Shown piece after piece: positions 1 to 7,282 of a stretch of 30,000 nt of DNA. Below the pieces are notes generated by a model. That model saw only the letters and a program-made list of their open reading frames with translations, was not told where the DNA came from and made no database searches. The position numbers and the translations under genes are program-made. The stretch comes from Pseudomonas faucium (GTDB lineage Bacteria; Pseudomonadota; Gammaproteobacteria; Pseudomonadales; Pseudomonadaceae): contig NZ_BQIP01000011.1 in the NCBI RefSeq assembly GCF_021602585.1, forward strand, positions 100,413 to 130,412, in the 5' to 3' direction. How positions within the stretch are numbered: position 1 is the stretch's first letter; the number at the start of each line of letters is the position of its first letter.

Positions 1-614
1 GCCAGGGTGATTACAACGCCGGCAGCTCCAGCTGGGTGCGGGTGGCACAGGCCGGGGCCAGCGGTGGCTTCGGCAGCATCCAGATACCGCGGGTGGGTGA
101 CGAAGTGGTGGTGGTGTTCCTCGAGGGCAACCCCGACCGGCCTTTGGTCATCGGCAGCGTCTACAACATCGGCAACCCGCCGCCCTGGCCACTGCCGGCG
201 AACAAGACCCAGAGCGGAATACTCACTCGCTCGATCAATGGCACGGGCCGTACCGCCAACTTTCTGCGCTTCGAAGACAAGGCCGGCGCCGAACAGGTCA
301 GCCTGCACGCCGAACGAGACCTGTACACGGAAGTGGAGGCAGACGACAGGCTCATCGTTGGTGGCAACCGCACCATCAAAGTAACGGGCAAGCAGGCGCA
401 AACCATCAGGCTGGAAACCAGTATTGCGGTGGAAGAAGGGTCTTACTTCGTCACTGTCGACCAGGGGCATATCAACTTGAGTGCCGCGCAGTCCATCACC
501 CTCGAAGTGGGGAAGAGCAAGTTGGTGATGAACCAGGACGGGACCATCAAGTTGTCTGGCGTGGTGGTGGATGTGGATGGCAGCACGATCATCAATCTCA
601 ATAAATCCGAGTGA
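1..614 (+). CDS. vgrG: T6SS spike protein VgrG, C-terminal part (5' end upstream of window), copy A
   Basis: The frame is open from the window start to TGA at 612-614. The translation WVRVAQAGASGGFGSIQIPRVGDEVVVVFLEGNPDRPLVIGSVYN plus a repetitive beta-helix tail is the conserved VgrG gp5-like region. It is identical to 6059-6672, which continues a VgrG N-terminus. Confidence 0.9.
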   Translation, partial: QGDYNAGSSSWVRVAQAGASGGFGSIQIPRVGDEVVVVFLEGNPDRPLVIGSVYNIGNPPPWPLPANKTQSGILTRSINGTGRTANFLRFEDKAGAEQVSLHAERDLYTEVEADDRLIVGGNRTIKVTGKQAQTIRLETSIAVEEGSYFVTVDQGHINLSAAQSITLEVGKSKLVMNQDGTIKLSGVVVDVDGSTIINLNKSE

Positions 615-633
615 AGGGCAGGGAGCCGTCTTT

Positions 634-1224
634 ATGTATCGCAAAAGTATCTACGACCGGATTTTCGAAAGGCGTGAGGAACAGGAACGCATCGAAAACG
701 AACGCGTCGCACAAGAGGAGATGAAACCACCAGCGCCGCAGCGTTTCTTGGCGAATGAATTCAGTTTTGTACGGGCCTCGGATTTGAAAGATAAAACTTT
801 TCATGTCTTTACACTGACAGACATAGGGCCGAGCCCTTTTTCATTAGTGGTCGGGCGCTCACCTGTGCATTCAGAAGATGATCTGGAAACCCTCGCCCAG
901 CAGTTACTGGGTGAATTGAAAAAATCGCTTTCGCATGTGCAGTGGATACAGCCTATTTCACCGACGCAGGTGGCAGGAGTTGATGCGCGTTGCGTCGAGT
1001 TTCGGTGGCGGCAACAAGGCCAGCTAGTTCATCAGGTGCAGGTCATGTTTATGCACCACGATGAGCACAATCGCCCTTTACTCGTTCAGTTGACGGGAAC
1101 CAGTAACCATCCGAAGGGTATGACGCCCGAAGAGCGGGGTGCGTTCGATGCTGTGGTTCAGAGCTTGGAGCTTCGCTCGCTCCCGGTTCAAGACGAGGCA
1201 CCACAAAAGCCTAATGAGGCATGA
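634..1224 (+). CDS. DUF1795/DcrB-like T6SS effector chaperone (Eag family), copy A
   Basis: ATG at 634 lies 8 nt after GGGAG (621-625). The 196-aa product shows the DUF1795-like pattern (FSFVRASDLKDKTFHVFTL..SLVVGRSP..VAGVDARCVEFRWRQQGQLVHQVQV..LVQLTGT). It sits directly between vgrG and a prePAAR effector, and its stop overlaps the effector start (ATGA at 1221-1224). Confidence 0.75.
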   Translation: MYRKSIYDRIFERREEQERIENERVAQEEMKPPAPQRFLANEFSFVRASDLKDKTFHVFTLTDIGPSPFSLVVGRSPVHSEDDLETLAQQLLGELKKSLSHVQWIQPISPTQVAGVDARCVEFRWRQQGQLVHQVQVMFMHHDEHNRPLLVQLTGTSNHPKGMTPEERGAFDAVVQSLELRSLPVQDEAPQKPNEA

Positions 1225-2441
1225 GTGCCGCAGCGAGGCAGGGGGATGCGATTGAGCACTCTAGTGCGTTTGGTGGCCTGCTCTCGGGGCTGGCGGTCGG
1301 AGCGGGGGCAGCCCTTATCGGTATCGCTATCGTCGGAACCGGCGGCATAGGTGCGGCGGCGCTGGCAGCTATGGTAGGTGCGGGGGCTACGACAGGTGCC
1401 GGCATTGGCCAGCTCATAGGCAGACTGTCATTTGCATGCAGGGAGACCGGGCAGATTGTTTCGGGATCGGACAACGTCCATATAAACGGCCGTCCTGCGG
1501 CCAGGGCGCATTTGGACACTGTTCAATGTGATGATCATCCCGGCGCTATGGGGAGAGTGGCTCAAGGAAGTACTTCGGTTTACATCAACGGTCAGTCTGC
1601 TGCACGCGTGGGGGACCGAAGCGTATGCGACGCGAAGATCTGCGTGGGTTCCGCAAACGTATGCATCGGCGGCGGAACTGCGACCACGGATGAGATAGAA
1701 CCTGAAGTGCCTGTTGTGCTAGAGCGCGCCTTGATGGCAACCGGCCTTGCCAGTGCCTTAGTGCTGGCAAGTCCAATACTGGTAGTCGCAGGTATGGCCG
1801 GCGGCATTGTAGGAGGGATGGCGGGGCATTGGGCGGGTGGAGAACTTTATGGTGAAGGATCTGATGGCCAGAAGTTGATGGCCCTCGGAGGCACCTTACT
1901 TGGAGGGGGGATTGGGGCAAAGGGAGGGAAAGCCTTCGAAGCTCGCTATGAATTTAAGGTTCAAGGGCTGGGTTCTAATCTCAGTAACGTAAAGGTCTTG
2001 TCAAAGGCGGATGCTGGGCAAGGGCGAAGCTATCAGCGCAAACTGAAGTATTTTAGTAATCAGGCAGTTGAATGGAGAGCGACACGCTCGGCAGGTACGG
2101 ATTATACTTATAAAGTTTATCAGCGGAGAGATATAGATTGGCAGCAGGTGCGATCGGGAGGGGATAAGCGGTTCGTTGGAAAGACCAACAGGGAAGCTGC
2201 TGAAAGAGGGTTGTCTCCACAGCTTTCCGATGGAAGCTTCGTAACCCTTCACCACTTAGGGCAGAAAGCACCTGGGCCGCTGGTAGAGGCCAGTACTCGT
2301 TATCACGGTGTAGGGCGTTATGGGCAGAACGTTTTGCACAGTCAGTATGGAAGGAGTAAACCTCATCCTGACCTTAAGATCGACAGGAAAAAATTTGACG
2401 TCGATTGCCGCGAGTACTGGCAGTGGCGGTTGAATAATTGA
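1221..2441 (+). CDS. Class II prePAAR / PAAR-domain T6SS effector with C-terminal LHH-type HNH/EndoVII-like toxin, copy A
   Basis: - prePAAR motif AARxxDxxxH: residues 4-13, AARQGDAIEH.
- First TM region: Gly/Ala-rich hydrophobic stretch at about aa 15-68.
- PAAR-like core: about aa 75-160 (VSGSDNVHINGRPAARAHLD..VYINGQSAARVGDRSVCD..ANVCIGG).
- Second TM region: hydrophobic stretch at about aa 170-245.
- C-terminal toxin: about 145 aa containing VTLHHLGQKAPGPLVEASTRYHG.

The toxin family call is pattern recognition only. Confidence 0.85.
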   Translation: MSAAARQGDAIEHSSAFGGLLSGLAVGAGAALIGIAIVGTGGIGAAALAAMVGAGATTGAGIGQLIGRLSFACRETGQIVSGSDNVHINGRPAARAHLDTVQCDDHPGAMGRVAQGSTSVYINGQSAARVGDRSVCDAKICVGSANVCIGGGTATTDEIEPEVPVVLERALMATGLASALVLASPILVVAGMAGGIVGGMAGHWAGGELYGEGSDGQKLMALGGTLLGGGIGAKGGKAFEARYEFKVQGLGSNLSNVKVLSKADAGQGRSYQRKLKYFSNQAVEWRATRSAGTDYTYKVYQRRDIDWQQVRSGGDKRFVGKTNREAAERGLSPQLSDGSFVTLHHLGQKAPGPLVEASTRYHGVGRYGQNVLHSQYGRSKPHPDLKIDRKKFDVDCREYWQWRLNN

Positions 2442-2455
2442 GTTAGGAGGGAGTT

Positions 2456-2920
2456 ATGATGGTTGAAAATTCGATTCTGAAAGAAAAGTATGTGTCGTTC
2501 TATGGGGTTGAAGCTTGCCCACCTGGCGAGGTGCTGGAAATTGAGAAGAAGCTGAATGTGACATTGCCCACGGATTTTAAAGAAATTTCAAGGTTTTATA
2601 GTGGTGGGCTTTTAGGTGGTATTAGCCATTTCTCTATTGCCAGCGGTGATGAGGAATTTAACGTGGTTAGCGAAACGCTGAGATTACGTCGTGCAGTGGG
2701 GTTAAATAGCAAATATGTTGCACTTGCGGAGCCTGCTGGGAGCTTGATTTTGCTAAATGTCTCGCAGGGTCCCGGGGTTGTTTGGTGTGATGCATTAGAT
2801 ATTGATGGGTTGGAAGTTGTGGATTTTTCGAATTTTATTGAGGCGTGGGATAGCTATGAACTTTTTTTTCAGTATCTGCTTGAACAGGAGAGGTTGGAGC
2901 GAGGTGGGGAAGGAAGTTGA
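2456..2920 (+). CDS. SMI1/KNR4 (SUKH-1) family immunity protein, copy A
   Basis: AGGAGGG precedes the ATG. The 154-aa product has the SUKH signature (EIEKKLNVTLPTDFKEISRFYSGG) and an acidic C-terminus. It starts 15 nt after the toxin gene stop. Confidence 0.8.
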   Translation: MMVENSILKEKYVSFYGVEACPPGEVLEIEKKLNVTLPTDFKEISRFYSGGLLGGISHFSIASGDEEFNVVSETLRLRRAVGLNSKYVALAEPAGSLILLNVSQGPGVVWCDALDIDGLEVVDFSNFIEAWDSYELFFQYLLEQERLERGGEGS

Positions 2921-2963
2921 AAGCTTCAGGATCGCTCCTGCAACAAGCTATATGTGGTGTTAA

Positions 2964-3383
2964 ATGTTCTACTTTATAGAGCCTGAGGTCGCTGGAGGAT
3001 TGGGTGAAGGGGCGGTCATCGACACTGCAATTACACCACCCTATGTAAGTTTCTTGGAATATGAGTTTTCTGGATGGTTGGGCGATGAATTGCTTGAGGC
3101 ATTTCCCTGCTTTGTGATTACGCAGCGTTTGGCTAGGGCGCTGACGCAGCATCAACTCACAGGCTTCACGTTAGATGTTGCAGCGGTAAAGAAAACTGAA
3201 GAATTCAAGATAATGCATCCATTGATCGTGCTTCCTGACTTCCTATGGTTGAAGGTACATGGAGTTGTAGGTTCCTCTGACTTTGGCATAGCTCAGGATC
3301 GTCGGCTCGTTGTGTCTGAGACAGCACTGGTTATTCTTCGAGGCTACGGACTGAATTATGCAGATGTTGAGCTGTATCCATAG
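2964..3383 (+). CDS. Hypothetical 139-aa protein, possible additional or orphan immunity protein, copy A
   Basis: Clean ORF in the low-GC cargo block, co-oriented between two SUKH genes. I recognise no family with confidence and see no obvious SD. Confidence 0.5.
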   Translation: MFYFIEPEVAGGLGEGAVIDTAITPPYVSFLEYEFSGWLGDELLEAFPCFVITQRLARALTQHQLTGFTLDVAAVKKTEEFKIMHPLIVLPDFLWLKVHGVVGSSDFGIAQDRRLVVSETALVILRGYGLNYADVELYP

Positions 3384-3527
3384 CTTGAGTTGGAGGTCAA
3401 GGCAGGCATGACGTTGTGAGAGATTAAATGGCTAGAGATTCACACTGTTCCCCTTGTCTAGCGCTGGGCCAAGTGAGGCTTCAAGCAAGGCTCAAAGATA
3501 GGATATAGGGTCGGGGGTGTTGAGTGC

Positions 3528-4007
3528 ATGGGTTTTAAGAATGCAACTTACGCAAAAATTGCAGATTTGCGCGCTCGGTTGAATGAAGGCGAAATATATC
3601 TGGGGCCGCCTGCAACGATGAGTGATATAGCAAATTTAACCAATGCTGTGTGGGGCGAAATGGCCGCTGCGCTACCTCCTGAGTATTTGGATTTTCTCCA
3701 GAATTTCGACGGCCTAGTTGCGTGTGGTGTTTTTATTTATTCAAGTCGCACGCGCACGAAAGCTGATGGAAAATTAGCGCGACATGATTTTCTTGGAATG
3801 AATAGGCTTGGGCGTGAATCGGGCTGCATGGATGATTTTTTGGTTTTCGGAGGCAGTGACTTAGATGAGTATGTGTTGGACTTGGTGCGAGGTAAGTATC
3901 AGGTGCGCGACAGAGTCGCTTTTGATAACGTGTATGAAGAATTTGACACTTTTGAAGGTCTGTTGGGGCATATGGTTGATTTGATTGTTCATTGGTCGAA
4001 GAATTAA
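3528..4007 (+). CDS. Second SMI1/KNR4 (SUKH) family immunity-like protein, copy A
   Basis: 159-aa product with the LPPEYLDFLQNFDG motif typical of SUKH/YrhA-like proteins. It is not similar in sequence to the 2456-2920 product. Confidence 0.7.
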   Translation: MGFKNATYAKIADLRARLNEGEIYLGPPATMSDIANLTNAVWGEMAAALPPEYLDFLQNFDGLVACGVFIYSSRTRTKADGKLARHDFLGMNRLGRESGCMDDFLVFGGSDLDEYVLDLVRGKYQVRDRVAFDNVYEEFDTFEGLLGHMVDLIVHWSKN

Positions 4008-4213
4008 AAATACCGACAGATAGGAATGAGGGAGGGTGAAAGTAGGAGGGTCGAGTGGGGATGATTGATGTGGAAATCTACCCTGGTTCAGGGGGCGCTA
4101 TGAATGACTCGACAGTAGCGAACATTTTAGGATCGCACGGTAAGCGTGTTTGGATATCTTCAGATCAAGCGCCGCGCGGGGAGGGTGGTTTGGCGTTGGA
4201 TGTGTGTCGTTCA

Positions 4214-4469
4214 TGAGATCGAGCGCCGCCCGCGCGGCGCATCGCGGATAAATCCGCTCCCACATTTGTTGCAACGTGCCTATGCCTGATAGGCCATGGT
4301 TGCCAGCCTTGTGAGTACGACGCGATTTTTTTGGGGGGCGCTGGGCTCGCCTGAATTTTTCGGCGGGCGCCAAAGGCGGACAACCATGGCCTGACAGACT
4401 GTGGCACGTTGCAACAAATGTGGGAGCGGATTTATCCGCGATGCGCCGCGCGGGCGGCGCTCGATCTCA
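4214..4469. repeat. REPIN/MITE-like element: perfect 67-bp inverted arms carrying REP-type sequence
   Basis: The arm at 4214-4280 (tgagatcgagcgccgcccgcgcggcgcatcgcggataaatccgctcccacatttgttgcaacgtgcc) is the exact reverse complement of 4403-4469. The 122-bp spacer has its own inverted repeat, ggccatggttg (4292-4302) / caaccatggcc (4381-4391). Each arm contains small palindromes (gcgccgc-ccgc-gcggcgc and gcgga-taaa-tccgc). Confidence 0.85.
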
Positions 4470-4835
4470 CGGCTACCCAAAAAGCCGTGACTAGCCCCTG
4501 GCAACACCAACACTGAACTAATCATTTGGCAGGAAAGGATAATTTGTAGCCTGATAATTCCATCGCTGCCCGGTAGCGCGGAGTCATCCGCGATAAAAGC
4601 ACAACGCCAGAATAGCCATGTGCATGGCTGAAACCCGCACCGCAGCGGCACCGAGCCCCACGCCGGGTCATGTACCGGCACGCGTCGATCGCAGGCCATG
4701 TAGGAAATGGTGAATTCAGCCGTAGCCTATGCCCAGCAACCACCCTTCACCCTAAACACCACGTTCATTGTCAGCCCATTTCCCGCTCCCTAACCTGCGC
4801 CTCCTTCGCAACCAATGCGTGCCAAGGAGAGCGTG

Positions 4836-6672
4836 ATGAGCATGGACCCAGGCGAGTGGCTGGCGCCCCAGCACCGTCGATTATTCAAGTTCCTGCACCC
4901 GGCAAAGCCGGCGGCGGTGTTGCTGCTGGAGCGCTTCAACGGCAGTGACGGCATGTCACAGGCGTTCGCCTACGAGCTGATGCTGATCAGCGACAATGCC
5001 CAGCTGCCGCTCAAGTCGATGATCGGCCAGCAGGTCAGTATCGAGATCGAGTTGGCCGATGCCGCGCCACGGTTCATCAACGGCTACCTCACGCGCTTTG
5101 CCAGCCTGGGCAGCGATGGTGCCCTGAACCGCTACAGTGCAACCCTCAAACCTTGGCTTTCACTGCTTGAGCACCGCATCGACACGCGTATCTTCCAGGA
5201 CTGCACGGTGGAGGAGGTACTGCGCGAGGTATTTGCGTTGTACCCGCAATACGCCAGCTTCCGCTTCTGCCTGTACCGCCCGCAGAAGCGTCACAGCTAC
5301 CTCACCCAATACCGCGAAAGCGACTTCAGCTTCATTCACCGCCTGCTCGAGCAGGCGGGCATGTTCTATCACTTCGAGCACAGCGCGCAGAGCCATGTGC
5401 TGGTTATCAGCGACACCTCGCGCTTGGCGGAGCAGCTGCCCGAGCAGCCGCACATTCGGTCACCGAAACTCGGTGACTGAAACCGCCGACGCCATCACGC
5501 GCTGGTGCGGCCATCGCCAGCTGGCGGCCGGCAAGTTCGCCCTGCAGACCTTCGACTATCGCCAGCCGCGCAACTTACTGCCGGTCATGATGAACAGCGT
5601 GAACGAGCAAGGCGATGTGCAATGCCTGGAGGTGTACGACCCTGGCCAATACACCCATGGCACCTACAACGACGGCGAGGCCTTGCTGCGCACGCGCCTG
5701 GAGGCGCTGGAAGTGCGCGCCAAATGGTTTGAAGGCGCCAGTAACTGCCGCGCCATGCGCCCGGGTCATAGTTTCGAATTGCTGCAACACCCGGCCCATA
5801 CCGACACTCAGGTGGACGAGCGCGAATTCCTGTTGTTGAGCGTGGCCTGTGAAGGCCACAACAACTACCTCACCGGGCAGCAGGCCAGCTACTTCAACAC
5901 CTTCACCTGCGTGCGCAAGAAGATCCCGTTTCGCCCCCAGGCCAACACCGCCCGCCCGGTCATCAACGGCCCGCAGACCGCCATCGTCGTCGGCCCGCCC
6001 GGCGAGGAAATCTTCACCGACGAACTGGGGCGGGTGAAGGTGCAGTTCCACTGGGACCGCCAGGGTGATTACAACGCCGGCAGCTCCAGCTGGGTGCGGG
6101 TGGCACAGGCCGGGGCCAGCGGTGGCTTCGGCAGCATCCAGATACCGCGGGTGGGTGACGAAGTGGTGGTGGTGTTCCTCGAGGGCAACCCCGACCGGCC
6201 TTTGGTCATCGGCAGCGTCTACAACATCGGCAACCCGCCGCCCTGGCCACTGCCGGCGAACAAGACCCAGAGCGGAATACTCACTCGCTCGATCAATGGC
6301 ACGGGCCGTACCGCCAACTTTCTGCGCTTCGAAGACAAGGCCGGCGCCGAACAGGTCAGCCTGCACGCCGAACGAGACCTGTACACGGAAGTGGAGGCAG
6401 ACGACAGGCTCATCGTTGGTGGCAACCGCACCATCAAAGTAACGGGCAAGCAGGCGCAAACCATCAGGCTGGAAACCAGTATTGCGGTGGAAGAAGGGTC
6501 TTACTTCGTCACTGTCGACCAGGGGCATATCAACTTGAGTGCCGCGCAGTCCATCACCCTCGAAGTGGGGAAGAGCAAGTTGGTGATGAACCAGGACGGG
6601 ACCATCAAGTTGTCTGGCGTGGTGGTGGATGTGGATGGCAGCACGATCATCAATCTCAATAAATCCGAGTGA
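4836..6672 (+). pseudogene. vgrG: vgrG (copy B), reading frame interrupted by a frameshift near 5460
   Basis: - Start: AAGGAGA (4824-4830), then ATG at 4836.
- N-terminal gp27-like part: reads in frame 0 to TGA at 5478-5480 (..LPEQPHIRSPKLGD*).
- Remainder: reads in the +1 frame from about 5461 (HRNSVTETADAITRW..FDYRQP..) to 6672.
- Repair: removing t5460, or restoring 2 nt, gives a continuous VgrG of about 611 aa. Confidence 0.8.
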
Positions 6673-6691
6673 AGGGCAGGGAGCCGTCTTT

Positions 6692-7282
6692 ATGTATCGC
6701 AAAAGTATCTACGACCGGATTTTCGAAAGGCGTGAGGAACAGGAACGCATCGAAAACGAACGCGTCGCACAAGAGGAGATGAAACCACCAGCGCCGCAGC
6801 GTTTCTTGGCGAATGAATTCAGTTTTGTACGGGCCTCGGATTTGAAAGATAAAACTTTTCATGTCTTTACACTGACAGACATAGGGCCGAGCCCTTTTTC
6901 ATTAGTGGTCGGGCGCTCACCTGTGCATTCAGAAGATGATCTGGAAACCCTCGCCCAGCAGTTACTGGGTGAATTGAAAAAATCGCTTTCGCATGTGCAG
7001 TGGATACAGCCTATTTCACCGACGCAGGTGGCAGGAGTTGATGCGCGTTGCGTCGAGTTTCGGTGGCGGCAACAAGGCCAGCTAGTTCATCAGGTGCAGG
7101 TCATGTTTATGCACCACGATGAGCACAATCGCCCTTTACTCGTTCAGTTGACGGGAACCAGTAACCATCCGAAGGGTATGACGCCCGAAGAGCGGGGTGC
7201 GTTCGATGCTGTGGTTCAGAGCTTGGAGCTTCGCTCGCTCCCGGTTCAAGACGAGGCACCACAAAAGCCTAATGAGGCATGA
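6692..7282 (+). CDS. DUF1795/Eag-family effector chaperone, copy B
   Basis: Identical to 634-1224 (offset 6058). Confidence 0.75.
   Translation: MYRKSIYDRIFERREEQERIENERVAQEEMKPPAPQRFLANEFSFVRASDLKDKTFHVFTLTDIGPSPFSLVVGRSPVHSEDDLETLAQQLLGELKKSLSHVQWIQPISPTQVAGVDARCVEFRWRQQGQLVHQVQVMFMHHDEHNRPLLVQLTGTSNHPKGMTPEERGAFDAVVQSLELRSLPVQDEAPQKPNEA

Larger units (their letters stand above)
1..4180 (+). repeat. Tandem direct repeat, copy A (left end cut by window start) of a 6,058-bp unit
   Basis: Every ORF translation in 1-4180 recurs identically at +6058 in the ORF track. My base-by-base spot checks (1-60 vs 6059-6118; 3421-3480 vs 9479-9538; 4141-4180 vs 10199-10238) found no mismatch. Identity stops at 4180/10238: the next base is g at 4181 and c at 10239. 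Confidence 0.95.

Noticed and set aside
4443-4473. Simple unequal crossover between the 31-bp direct repeats gcgccgcgcgggcggcgctcgatctcacggc (4443-4473 and 10227-10257) as the origin of the duplication
   Set aside because: That event would give a period of about 5,784 bp and a clean hybrid REP at the junction. The observed period is 6,058 bp with the breakpoint at 4180/4181, so another upstream partner sequence, outside the window, must have been involved.
4527-4550. Sigma-54-like TGGCAG upstream of vgrG
   Set aside because: The spacing and -12 element do not fit TGGCAC-N5-TTGC: the sequence is TGGCAG-gaaag-GATA.
4098-4743. Several 73-139-aa ORFs (for example 4280-4699 on the minus strand) in the inter-unit spacer
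   Set aside because: They run through REP/REPIN inverted repeats, have no SD sequences, and their translations are Arg/Ala/Pro-rich. They are most likely non-coding.
5137-5460. ATG at 5137 as the start of an independent 511-aa VgrG fragment
   Set aside because: The first 108 or so codons of that frame are out-of-frame nonsense overlapping the genuine gp27-like frame. The arrangement is better explained by a frameshift in one gene.
5451-5480. Programmed ribosomal frameshift in vgrG
   Set aside because: I see no slippery heptamer, no homopolymer run and no obvious downstream structure. Mutation or sequencing error is more economical.
5575-6702. 375-aa ORF on the minus strand
   Set aside because: It lies entirely antisense to the conserved vgrG coding sequence. 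The product is Ala/Gly/Arg/Val-rich with no recognisable domain, which is a typical high-GC antisense artefact.
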